A stretch of DNA of 64,000 nucleotides. Origin: Chrysomallon squamiferum (lineage: Eukaryota; Animalia; Mollusca). This document shows positions 11,801 to 63,507 of the stretch, piece after piece; the first letter of the stretch is position 1; each line of letters opens with the position of its first letter. A model generated the notes under the pieces. That model had not been told where the DNA came from. It ran no database searches and saw only the letters and a program-made list of their open reading frames with translations. The position numbers and the translations under genes were made by a program. Location of the stretch: the NCBI GenBank assembly GCA_012295275.1, contig CM022672.1, positions 34,162,001 to 34,226,000 of the forward strand, read 5' to 3'.

Positions 11801-14002
11801 ACTTTTCAAACTCTTCAGTCTGCCATCTCTCTCCTTGACTGGTGCCCACAAGCTCCACTTCCTGTAAGAGCTGAGGGAACCGGTCTAGTACTTCCTGTGT
11901 GTCATTGTCATGTTGCAGAATGCAGGAAATGTGACTCTGGAAGCGTTTGGTATGAAACTAAATGATCCTTGCAGTCTTCTTTCACTGCGAAAATGTCATC
12001 ACACTTCTTGACATAAATCGAGTCCAGTTCTTGTTGTATCTTTTTCTCATCGTTTTTTATCCTGTTTACGAGCTTCCGCGACTGTTTCTGTATCAGAAGA
12101 CAGGATTCCTCGTAAATCTCCTTCAGCTGACCTTCAAGACAGGTCAGATTGAAAACAATGCTTTGAGCCTTTCTGATCTCGATGTCAAGGTCACATTTCT
12201 TCTTTTGTAAATTTCTCCTCTGGGAAGAGATCATTTCTCTGCAGTTAGTGATCAGATGGTCTTTGTGGTCGTTCAAGGCGCATACTGTGCATATTTGAAT
12301 ATTACAAGTTTTGCAGAAGAATCTGCCTGCTTCTTCCGAGTGCTGAAGACATTTTTGATGATTCGGAGTATTTGTTCGTGTCAGGAAAATATGAAATGAT
12401 TAGAAAACGTGAAGTTGTGTTTCCCCGTACACTCGTAACAGAAATACGTCTGGCACTCAGTGCAGTAGGACAGAGCAGGTTTCGTTTCACTTTCCTTCAG
12501 ACAGATCCCACAAACCTCATCCTTCTTCTGGCTGATCACAGACTTCAGGACGTCCTTGAACTTCACGAGTCTGAAGTCTTTCAGGAACCCATTTACCCCC
12601 TCTGGTGGAGCTAGGACACTCACTCGACAGGTTGGGCAGGGGAAGGTGGGCGTGTGATGGAATGTCAGGTGGTTGCTAAGCGACGTCTGGATGTGGGTGT
12701 TGAGACAGGAGTGACAGAAGGAATGACAACATGGCAGGATTCGTGCGTCTGCCAGCTGACCGAGGCAGACGGCACACTGCAGCAGTTCCTGTAGTAGAGT
12801 CTCACACGTCAGCACAGAAGAAGATGATGATGATGATGATGATGTCATTTTTCTTTGTTGTCAGTTAACCATAAAAATGTTACAGAAAAACAAAATTGTC
12901 TTTCAGAAATTCAGAATTTTGTTTACAATATTGAACTGCTGTTCTGTCAGGACACTCAGATTAAAATGTTCTTTAAGAATCCTGTTCTATGTAACAGATA
13001 CACCAACATACAAATATTGAAATTTAAAATATCCACATAAAATCTTGTTTCACTAGTTAAGTTCCACATGACAACCAGACTGGTATAAAAGTCCCATTCC
13101 TTGTGACAGAAACACAAACACAAATATGTCAGAATTTAAAATATCAGTATAAAAACTTGAATCAGTACTTGTGAAGCTTGTGACAGTCAAAATGGATGGA
13201 AATCAAAGATCAAAATATCCACATAAAAATTATCTTGAGATTTTATGTTTACCTTATGTCACTCAAACAAACACAGAGATGTGGAAATAAGATTTTATCC
13301 GTATAAAAACTTGTGTCAGTACTTCTGTTACCTTGTGACAGTCACACAGATGGACGGACATCAAAGTTTAAAACATGGCTGTACTTTCATAACAGACAAA
13401 CAAACATATACGTCAACATGCAAAATATCCATATAAGAAGAACTTCATTACGTCTGTAGTTTGAGACTTTCAGATAGTCAGACATCACAATTTAAAACAT
13501 CCATGTAAAATGTGCCTGTATTGTTATGACAGACAAACTAACACACTCATACGGAAAAATTTGACCAGTCAGACAGTGGGACCGATGTCAAGTTTAAAAT
13601 TCCTGTATTAAAAACTTGTCTACACAGTTGAAGAGGGTTTTCAACTAACATGCTGATATACAAAGTTTGTGTAACAGGTGTGTAAATTGATCAGTAGACA
13701 CAGCTGTTGTTTTTATTGATTTCTATACATGCTGCATAGAAATATTTTATTACCTGGTTTGTGTGGATCATTCTGTGACTGAATAGTTTAAAACTTGAGT
13801 AGGAAATATTACAGTATTTGAAGCTAATACTTTCATATCTATATATATAATCTATCTATCTATCTATCTGAACATATATTCACACACATGCAAACACACA
13901 CACATTCATACATATATACATATACCTACTTACATACGCACATGCACACGTAACACATGTATGTGTGCATATAATGTGTTCATATACCTACTTAAAACAC
14001 TT

Positions 14003-14033
<31 letters not shown>

Positions 14034-16529
14034 TGTTTCTATGTGTCTGTGTGTTAACTTTATTAAGACAATTTAAATAAGTACAAAATAAGTGAATAAT
14101 CCTCAACATTCCAATATTTCCTTTCTATTCTAATCAGTCTGTATCAAAAATTTTAACCGACTAAAATTTAAAAATAAAATAAAATTCACTATAAATTAAT
14201 AAAAACACTATAAACTACTGACCCCATGTGAAACAAACAAATAACCAAATAAATAAAGTTAAAATTATTAATAATAATAATAATAATAAAAAAAAAAATA
14301 AAAATAAAAATCAATCGTTACTGCAGCAGCTGCATTCTTTTATTAGAAATGAAAGGGAAAAAGAAATACTAGTATCTTTACAACTACTACTCACATCTGT
14401 GCAGCCTCTGTTGATTTGTTCTGGGTCATATTGATATTCTCGCTTTTCTAAAAATATAAATAATTTCACTGACTTGTACAAATGACCCCTTGGTTATGTA
14501 TGTGTTATCAAGTAACTAGAAATTAAAATTGTTGTTAAATTAACTATTTCTTATTTCCTATGCTCTGAAAATATTTTCATTCAGTTATTTGTTTTTATAG
14601 ATTTTCATTATATTTATTTATTTTTTTAGATTTTTATTCCATTTATTTATTTTTAAAGATTTTCATTATTTTTTTTTTATAGATTTTTCAATTCATTTAT
14701 TTAGTTTTATTTAAAATTATATTTAAAAGAAATATTTATGTAGTATGTGTATTAACTAATAAAGTATTATAATGACAAATTCCATTTTAAGTTTTGTTTC
14801 AGTTTATGAATTTTGGTAATTAGTAAATTAATAATTTTATATCGTAAGACAGGTTCAAACATCAGTCCTGATTTGTTGTGTGCTTTTGGATATTTCCTCA
14901 CATTACTTCAATTCCAGTTTATTAAGTATTTATTTACTGAAGGGTTGATTTTTTTTTAGTATTTATTTATATTTTAATTTAATTTAATTTTAATTTATTT
15001 TAATCTATTTTTTATTTTTTTTTTTGTTTTATTTTAAATTTCATTTTATTTTGTAACTGTTGATTTGTCTTAGGATAAATATCATCATCATGTTGAAGAA
15101 AACATTAAATATGTCTCTGAAGTTTTTGTCTGTCATTTATTTTTTTTTAATATTGAAACTTTTTGAGCAATGGTTAGAATAGGAAATATGTGATAAAGAC
15201 TGATTTTGTTACTGGCCATTTTAGGAAGAGCTAAAATGTGAAAATGATTATAACTGAATCTTCAACTACAGCTGTTTTGCATAGTATCTGACAAACACTG
15301 TAATGTAAATAGTAACTAAATTTGTTAATATATATATATATATATATTTATTTATTTATTTATTTATTTATTTTTCAGGATGCTAAAATGCAGAGTGTTT
15401 TTTGTGATCAGTTGAACTGCAAAGGAATTCTGTGGAAACTATCAGGTATGTTTTGATAACAAATTATTATTATTTTTTATTTTATTTACTTGTTTCCTTC
15501 TTTATTTGTTTAATTATTATTATTATTTTTTTATTTATTTATTTATATAATAATATTGTATAATAATGTTGTTAACATAAGAAATAGTAATAATCATAAA
15601 GGCACTAATTATAATACTGTAGTATTACTGTTCTTTCTTTTTTCTTCTTCTTCTTTCTGACAAAGTGAGACCAGAAGCTGAAATTCCAGAATTTTCTTTC
15701 TTTGTCATCCTCAGTCATGATTTCTGTATGTCTCTTCAGATGCAGTCCATACATCTCTCTCTTAGTCTCCCTCTTTATCTGTTTCTTAGTCTTTTCTTTT
15801 TAGTTTTAGTAGTAGTAGACACAGCATTAGTATAGTAGTAGTACTAGTAGTAGTAAAACAGCATCAGCTAGATTAATTAATTAATTAATTTATTTATTTT
15901 GTCTTGTAAAGAAATGTATGTGTGTCAGACATGTAAGGTGGAGGTAACTCTAGATGACAGGAAAGAAGATATTGAAAAGAGAACTCTTCAACTACAGGAG
16001 TTAGTTAAGGAGATTGACAAAATAAAGAAAACTGAAGGTTTGGTTTACTTTTGTAAATATCAGTTGATTATCATCCTCTTCTTAGAAAAAAGAAAACTGA
16101 AAAATTCTAATTAAAAATAAATACAACAAATAGCTGATTCATTCTTTTGTACATATTACTGTATATGATTATATATTTTTTAAACATTGAAATGTTTATT
16201 AATTATTTACACACATATGCACACACAAATACACCCACACATACATAGGCATCATACACACACAGACACACAGACATAATGCTTTTATTTAGTTATTTAT
16301 TTATCTGCTAGACCCAGCCAGTGTTTTGTTGAAATGTGAAGAGATGTTTGAAAAACAGCAGACACTGTTTCCTCCTGTGAACGTCCACATGTTACATCTA
16401 CTGGAGAGACTGTTTGACTCTTGTGTTGAGACTGGACAGTGGGAGAAAGCTTGTCAGTGTGGTTCACTGATCTCTCAGCCATATTGGTAAATACTTCTAT
16501 TTAGAATTATATGTGTGTGTTCAGTGGGT

Positions 16530-16560
<31 letters not shown>

Positions 16561-17773
16561 ACCTTATTAAATCTATTATTATAAAATCATTAAAAATCTA
16601 TCTTTGAATTGAGTTGTGAATTATAAAAATCAAACATCATCACACAATACTAAAATGTATTTTGCTATCCATATTTTTGACAGTTCATTTTCCAAATAAA
16701 ATGTTTAATGTTTTTTTTTTTTACTGGGAGATTAGATTTTCACATAATGGCCTTAGGTCCATTTTTTTTTAACATTTTCTTTTTTTTTAAGTTCCTCCAT
16801 CAGTTGAGTGCACCTTGTTAAGTTGGTAACAAAATTTTTAAATCAGAATTGTGACTCCAAATAGTGTTTGGTGTGTTTGATAGACAGACTGAATAAGACT
16901 GTTAAGGAGATATAAAGCAAAAGGAAATAGGAATGAAGCTACATCTAATTTGTGCAAAAAGTAGTCAGAGAAAAAATATTTGATAAATATTTCTGTAATT
17001 TCAGTGATCTTTACCCTCCTTACAGTCCAGCTGTAGGAATTCACCTGTTAAAACTTGGAAAAGTTCACCTTTACCTGCAACACCTGGAACCTGCACTCAG
17101 GTGTCTACAACAGGTAAATCTCACAGGTAGAATGAGGTAGATATGTGTGTGGAGTGGTAAATGGGAATTAACCTGCAAATGTTTTATGTTCTTATGATTA
17201 TTCTGATATAATTTTTTGGTTTCGAAATATTTTTTTCGGCAATAAAATAAACATATATTACTGAAGGGTTGAAACAGTAATATATCTTAGCCTTTTCAGA
17301 ATTTTTTATTTGTCTTTATTTATTTATTTACTTAGTTTGTTATTTTTGTTTCTGATATTAAACTGATATAAAAGTGAATATTAAATCAGTGACATCATAT
17401 TTCCACTATTTTCCATTGTTTGTGGGTGTGTATCGTTATTTCAAAATAATTTCCTAAAATCCAGGTCAGTGTGTTTCTGTAAGCATTTGTAAATGAAAAT
17501 TAAATAGGTCTAGTGATCTTATTAGTCAAGATATATTTTTAATATATTGTCTAATGCTAAAAAATTCATCATTATAATCTTGATAATTTAGGGTGTTTTT
17601 TTTTATATGCCTGGTGATTTGTTAAACATTTTTTTAATTATTATTTCCAGTCAGAGACAATAATTTCAGTGACTCACGGTAAAAATCACCAACTGTACAA
17701 AGACTTACAGCTTCTTCTAGACCAGTGCTGTGAGGAAATGAGGGTCAACATGGATCATGGAGGAAATACCTAA
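3563..17773 (+). CDS. SMYD3: SMYD3-like SET and MYND domain lysine methyltransferase, 13 exons, 454 aa
   Basis: MYND (CDAC...CSAC...YYCNVKCQQEDYRVHKEEC), SET (INSFTI, GTGIYLSPSLLDHSCQPN, ISYID), post-SET YYFTCQCSRC, TPR-like C-terminus (VTHGKNH). All phases are consistent; 1365 nt. Confidence 0.9.
4175..4238 (+). CDS. SMYD3: SMYD3-like exon 2 (NAGNAG acceptor)
   Basis: SNSLKKCSACGIVYYCNVKCQ; acceptor cagcag. Confidence 0.88.
5032..5142 (+). CDS. SMYD3: SMYD3-like exon 3
   Basis: QEDYRVHKEECCCLKQTFPRIPTESVRLLLRLVIRHT. Confidence 0.88.
6111..6180 (+). CDS. SMYD3: SMYD3-like exon 4
   Basis: HGDEKK...WRTFNELQT; flanked by cag and GTAAGT. Confidence 0.85.
6235..6320. repeat. 22-nt minisatellite, about 4 copies
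   Basis: cagtattcagtggtattaatat. Confidence 0.8.
6948..7078 (+). CDS. SMYD3: SMYD3-like exon 5
   Basis: HVEEIKKDTKRMEVF...LLELFGK. Confidence 0.88.
7499..7566 (+). CDS. SMYD3: SMYD3-like exon 6
   Basis: MAINSFTICDAEMQAIGTGIYL; donor GTTTGT. Confidence 0.9.
8023..8131 (+). CDS. SMYD3: SMYD3-like exon 7
   Basis: PSLLDHSCQPNAVATFTGKTVCIRAV; donor GTTTGT. Confidence 0.9.
9037..9147 (+). CDS. SMYD3: SMYD3-like exon 8
   Basis: VFISYIDQL...RRRQLEEQYYFTCQCSRC. Confidence 0.9.
9950..10325. repeat. 60-nt minisatellite, about 7 copies, downstream of the TRIM stop
   Basis: cataaacagtaaaagctactcagtctgttagaagcaaggaaatattaatatcagccttcc. Confidence 0.92.
10528..12848 (-). pseudogene. Intronless TRIM-NHL (TRIM2/3-like RING-Bbox1-Bbox2-coiled coil-NHL) gene with three frameshifts; pseudogene, assembly error or recoded gene
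   Basis: RING CAVC...LPCCHSFCHSC...CPTCR; B-box CGIC...CTECQTYFCYECTGKH...H; B-box CLQH...FFCKTCNIQICTVCALNDHKDH; coiled coil; NHL repeats (IVAENGNRRLQIFD, IYVSDSSNHSIKVFD, VFVADSGNDRVVVF). The frame changes near 12385-12400, 11935-11958 and 10973-10985. Stitched product is about 773 aa. Confidence 0.85.
13015..13620. repeat. Degenerate tandem repeat upstream of the TRIM gene
   Basis: Recurrent aatttaaaatatcc(a/g)(c/t)ataaaa...ttgtgacag cores. Confidence 0.55.
15379..15445 (+). CDS. SMYD3: SMYD3-like exon 9
   Basis: DAKMQSVFCDQLNCKGILWKLS. Confidence 0.8.
15912..16037 (+). CDS. SMYD3: SMYD3-like exon 10 (AAG acceptor)
   Basis: EMYVCQTCK...KKTE; phase 1 at both ends fits its neighbours. Confidence 0.78.
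16312..16486 (+). CDS. SMYD3: SMYD3-like exon 11
   Basis: LFPPVNVHMLHLLERLFDSCVETGQWEKA. Confidence 0.88.
17005..17113 (+). CDS. SMYD3: SMYD3-like exon 12
   Basis: LYPPYSPAVGIHLLKLGKVHLYLQ. Confidence 0.9.
17651..17773 (+). CDS. SMYD3: SMYD3-like exon 13 (terminal)
   Basis: SETIISVTHGKNHQLYKDL... then TAA. Confidence 0.88.
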   Translation, partial: SETIISVTHGKNHQLYKDLQLLLDQCCEEMRVNMDHGGNT

Positions 17774-19303
17774 CAGAATATTCATTATGGTTGACTTTAA
17801 CACTCTGATGTATTAGATCTATGGTATGTGGTGGAAATAACAACAGAAAATTCATCATGGCTGACAAGGTTCCAGATTTAATAACAGAGTTATGGAAAAA
17901 TGGAAGATGTGCATTACAGAACTTCCATTATGATTGGAAATGAGCTACAAAACAAAATGGTGGAAACAATTACAGAAGATTGACCGATACTGACTAATAT
18001 TCATAGGAACTGGTTCAGGAAATAATATATCAAAAATTATTTGAGAGATTTGTAAGCACTGACTCATGTTTAGAGAACCTGATTCTTAGAAATAAAGTTA
18101 AATATGTGATGGAAAATGGTAGACATAACTACAGAATTTTAAATGTTCAGATATCCTGGGTCATTAGAAAAGTTGGAAACATATAACTTCTGTTGATCAG
18201 CCCCTCAGTTCCCAGTGATCGTTGAAAGAGAATCAGCTACTGAGGTGGATTACTAATAAAGTAATTAACAGCTTTTCTGGAAGAACTTAGAAAAATATCT
18301 AATTTGTTTATCTGGGTCCTTGAGGATTTCAAAAGAGACACTGGCAAGTTAGAATGTCTGGTTTTAGGAATCTTTAGTAAACAGCTAACAGATGAAAATG
18401 TTTTTTACTTCAGCAGAAGATCAACTGCATATTATTAAGGGCATACAATGTTTTTGGCAGGTAATCAATATCTTGAACCTCACAATATGAAAAAAGAAAA
18501 AAAAAAAAAGAGAGATCTTTTTGGCCAGGATATGACAAGTAACGAAATTGTTGCAAAATTAAAATGTTGAGCTCCAGTCTGGATTCTGTGAGATTGTGTT
18601 TGTTGGCAGTTATTGATATTTTACAATGACAAAACAGCAAATATCACTTTGCACATCAATGTTAAGTTGAAGAGACAGATAATGTCAGTGTGTATGAATG
18701 CATGATGCTGAAAAGATTGTGGGAATGTTTTCTGTAGAGGATTTTTTTTTTTTTATTAATAATAAAAATCTATGGATTACTTGAACTGACTTACTGAGAG
18801 AAAGATTCTAAAAGAGGAGTTGACTAAAGCAATGACAGGTTGAAGAAAACAGACAGAAAGAACAAGATTAACAAGATCTTGCAGCTGAGTGAAAAATTAC
18901 CAGATGAAAAGAAACAGAAAATAAATGAGAAGGGAAAAAGAGAGATAAAGAAAAAATGATGAAGTTGGATCAGAAGATGTTTTGTAAGATTTTCCACATT
19001 CAGATGATCCCAGTGAAAGACAACTGCTGAAGAAGTCAGAGTGAGATGAAATTTATTTGTAATGCTGCTCATGTCTGCAATGTAAGAGAAAACATAAAAT
19101 GAAAAAAACAGAACGATTCAAAGCTTCAGGAAAGAAATATAAAGTTGCTCATTGGTGTTTGACAGTGATGTTTCAGTTGACTATGACGTGTTTTTGTTGT
19201 TGTCTTAAACTGGTGAAAAAGTCAAGAGACCAAATTCATCTAACAGTCAGATAATGATAACCCATTTTATAACTAGACTGTCCTGTGTATGTATAGATAT
19301 AGA

Positions 19304-19344
<41 letters not shown>

Positions 19345-22194
19345 GCTGATATACATGTACAAACAATAATTTAAAATTTTTTTTTTAAATATATTCAGAA
19401 TTGTTTTATTTTTTGTTTGTTTTACAAATGTACATTTTATGCCCATGTTCGTTTGATATTTAAAAAAAAAGAGAAAAGAAAAAAGATTTAAAATGTACAT
19501 TTACATTCTTAATACTGGCAAAATATTAACTTTTAAAAAGTATTAACTCATATACATGGCATATGAAATATAATATCATACAGACATGTGAAAAAACATT
19601 CAATAAATTAAAAAATGTTGTATTTCTTAACATAAATGAGAATTATAGAAATAATCACAAACAAATATTTATTTTCTTCATACATTTGTTACATTAATCT
19701 GTAATTATAAAATCTGTACAACTATTAATGTTATTTTCAATTAAGAAAACAGCAATTAATTCTGTTAAATGTTTAGAGTTGACCCTTTAAGTGTTACCTC
19801 CCTTTAATTTTTTATTTTTATACATTCGTAATGAAAAAGCGTAAACATTCTTTTTCTTCAAAGAACTGTTTAGAACTGTTTTGAATAAAATAAATCTGAA
19901 ACATTTAGTTATATTATAAAGAAAAAAAAGGAGAAAAATAAATATGACATTAGCACTAAAAGGTGAAAATGAAAATACAGGAATGAAATTTAACAAATTA
20001 TAATTTATGATGCAGAATAGATGTGAAACTAATATTTAGATAACATTTGGAGAACTATATATATGTGTATTAAATAGTAGTGATAAATAACAGGATGACA
20101 TCAATGAATTTTTAAAAAAATAAATTAAAATTAAAATAAATTTGAATATTTATTAACTTTTTGGAAAAATTTGTTTTGCTTTCTTTTTGTTATGATTTAC
20201 TTGTGAACAAAAAGGCAACAATGTTAAAAACTATATATATATAATACTTTTTATTTTTTTTTTTTTTTGCTTTGTTTAATTTAAAGAATTAATTTAATTT
20301 CAGAAAAAAAAAAAAAAAAAAAAAAAGGGTTGCAAATAACAATCCACCTTGAGAATTAATAAAAAAATAAATTTTAAAAATAAATAAGCACATGAACATA
20401 TAAATAGAAGAAGAAATATAAAAATAAAAACACTGATTAAAAATGAAACAATACCAATAATAACATGCAAGTTAAAAATAAAACAAATAACACATAATTA
20501 TAAGAAAAATAATAATAAAAAAAAATAGTGATGATTATACAACAAAAAATATTAAAAGAAAAAAAATAATAAAAAGATAACAAATGGTTCATTTTAATTT
20601 TCAACTAAAAATATGATGGGATAACTTTTTTAATTTTTATGCAAGCAAAGATTAAAATAATAACAAAGGCACATTCATCGACAGCTTGAACATTTTTTTC
20701 AAATGAGTGAATAAATTTAACATGTGCTTTTGTTTGTTTAATTGTCTATTTAATAAAAACCTATTAATAGTAACAAAATAATTTTAAAATTCTGAATAAA
20801 AATCGAGAAGGAAAAACAGCAAATTCAATTCCAGTTGTCAAATAACCATGTTAAGAATGAGTGGATGACATATTTTCTTTTTCATCTCAAATTTTATGTA
20901 AATTTTATTTATTTATATGTAGACACATATTTTTATTTCAGTTTAATAAAATAATAGTAAAAAAAAAGAATGAAAATTATAGTAAGAATAGAGCATATTA
21001 TCATTTTTTCATATATGTCTTAATAATTCACAAATGATTAAATGTGTTGATTTAACAAAAAGATTTTTCTTAATCTGAAACATATATATATTACTGATAA
21101 ACAGAATAGAAATTAAATATGTTATTTAACTAATTTTAATATCATATTTTCCTGAGTTAATAAAATTAACAACGACATTATCCTTTTTACCTCTTGTTAA
21201 AATATTGATGCAACCATGAAGTAAAAACCAGATTGTACCTTTTTTTTTTTTTTTTCAGTGTTATTCTAAAGAAAAAACAAATAAGATTGCATTTTTCTTT
21301 ATTTGGACTGGCAATATATTTTAAATACTGAATAATGAAAATGATGATTATAATGACTGAACATTCTTCAACACAGAAACATATCAAAAGAAGGTTCTCC
21401 ATTTAGTTTACAGAGATCCTGTACAGAAATAAAAAAACTTTTAACACTGGTAAAAAATTTTTTTTTTTTTTTTTCATGTGCAAAAGATATCAAAGAGATA
21501 TATCACAGACCATGTGCACTACTGTTAAGAACTGCAAACCTTATTGCACTTAAAAAAAAAGAAAGAAAGAAATCTATGTGGTTTTCATTTGAGCACAGTA
21601 TCTTTTGCACTAGTAGTAAAAAGTAAAAAAACAACACAAAACACAAAAAAAACACAAAAAAAACGACACAATCTCCACAACTTTATGAAAAGCTTTTAAA
21701 AAAAAAAAAAAAACTTGTCTCGTAGCCTGTTATTTGTGAACACATTGTTTTCAATTTGTTTTTAATTTTTTTTTGTTTTTTTTTCATTTTTGTCCACACA
21801 ACCAGTAGAACAGGCACTGTTGTTGTTGTTGTCTGTATTGCATAGGACCCGAAGAACTGGAAGCACGAAAGCAGAAACCAAAACAAGATGAAAAGAAAAA
21901 AAATGTTGCTGGACACCAAACTGACCAGAAATTGCTGACTGACCATCCATTCTTGTTAACAGGAGCCATTTTCTTTTTAATCCCAGGACCAAACAGAATA
22001 TGCAAAAGGTCGTAATGATGATTGTCAAAGGTCAAAGTTCAGGAAGAAATATCCAAGTTCATTATGTCAGTCTTCACCACTGGAGAATAAAATATTCATG
22101 AACTCATCAAAGGATTCTTAAGATTTAAAGGTCATGAACTGGCCAACAAGGAATACAAATATTAAAATTTATGAAATCACGAGTAAAAAAAATC

Positions 22195-22320
22195 CCAGAG
22201 GTCGAAGTTCACCGAATTCATCAAACAAGCAGTCCCTAAGGTCAAAGTTCACCGAATTCATCAAACAAGCAGTCCCTAAGGTCAAATTCACGAATTCTCT
22301 CCAACAAAGGTCGAACATCA
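22195..22320. repeat. 40-nt tandem repeat in the RalGPS 3' UTR region
   Basis: aagttcaccgaattcatcaaacaagcagtccctaaggtca twice, plus degenerate flanks. Confidence 0.85.
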
Positions 22321-22645
22321 TGAAGTAAAATGACTGACTGCTGCTTCTTGATTCATTGTCAGTTTGTTTAGATCTCATTCTCTGAAATTCTCTGTCTGTC
22401 TGTCTGTCCTTGTGTTAACAAAACAATCCCTGGAAAATTCCTTTGGACACTAGAACTGGAAGAATTTCTTTGGAATCATCTTGCTGATGAAAAAAAGCCA
22501 CCACACTGACCTCATTAACTGACCACTGGTCAAACAGTTCAGGCCGGCAGACTTGGTAGGTGTTAAAATTTTAATATTTTTGTGTCTCATGTTTCTATCA
22601 CCTGTTAACTTGAGCAAGAATAAAACTTTCACTGGGATCTCACGA

Positions 22646-62266
<39,621 letters not shown>

Positions 62267-62969
62267 CTTACAAACGTCACACCTGTAATTAGAAAACATC
62301 CAGGTAAAATTGTTTGTTTCAGTTGTTTTTAATAGACACATGAATGTAGGGTGTGTGTGTATGTGTGTGTATGCATGTGTGCATATATATCAAAGGCAAA
62401 CCAAATTACATATAACTGCAAGATGTAAATATTTAAAAACACTAATAATGAAATAAAATGTAATTGTAATTTACAGATATACTTAATCCCTGTAAGTGTG
62501 TGTTTGCTTGTAATTATGTCTCTAACATCATGAGTTCAGAAAAAACAGCCAATAAATAAATGAAGATAGATAATATGTACAGGTAGGTAGAGTATGGATG
62601 TTGAATCACAATGCATAATGTCTGATTGCAATCAATATTTATGGTGAGATAAGAATGATTTCAATATGGATGGCTTAGTTTTGAATAAATGGATAATGGA
62701 TGATGGATTATTTCTCATTTACAATTCTGAACGTTTGAGTGACAACAGAAGTAGAGATGTTAATGATAGATAGATAGACAGATAGATCCATATAGAATAC
62801 ACAGACACACATACAACCACACAAACTAACATACATCATGTACAAGTGTACGTAAATATGTACAGACACATATACATACAAATGTACAAATATAGATTCA
62901 AACATACATAAATATACATACATATATACATCTTTATATATATACATACATAATATATATCACACACAC

Positions 62970-63001
<32 letters not shown>

Positions 63002-63303
63002 CTTATAAACAAATATGTATACATATGTACTAAAGTACATACCATATATGTGAATGTACAAACATACCTTCAAACATACGCAAACATACAAAGAAAGAAA
63101 AAATGAATAGAAAAAAAGCTATATCAAAAACAAAATGGAAAAGTCTGGAAATGGCAGAGAATAAACTGAATGATGTGAATGGAAACACACACAAAAAAAC
63201 ACACAGACACACACAGACACAAACACACAGACACAGATACACAGATACACACACACACACACAGACACACACACACATATACACACATACACACAGACAC
63301 ACT

Positions 63304-63431
<128 letters not shown>

Positions 63432-63447
63432 CCACACACATATTCAT

Positions 63448-63507
<60 letters not shown>

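Noticed and set aside
10959-12400. Tiny introns or canonical -1 slippery heptamers explaining the TRIM frame breaks
   Set aside because: No suitable GT-AG pairs that preserve the domains, and no X_XXY_YYZ motif in the right frame.
10633-12614. Plus-strand ORFs over the TRIM gene
   Set aside because: They are antisense shadows of a GC-rich coding sequence.
15661-15760. Possible inverted copy of SMYD3 exon 10 (gagatgtatg...gatgacaaagaaag on the minus strand)
   Set aside because: Only two short words match and the spacing differs; this cannot be distinguished from chance by eye.
16340-16370. Suspected frameshift in the SMYD3 exon-11 A-run
   Set aside because: Recounting gives GAA AAA CAG; the frame is intact.
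22169-22378. ORF with LMNSVNFD resembling an alternative RalGPS terminus
   Set aside because: It derives from a 40-nt (non-3n) repeat downstream of the genuine NLMSFD stop and has no convincing acceptor.
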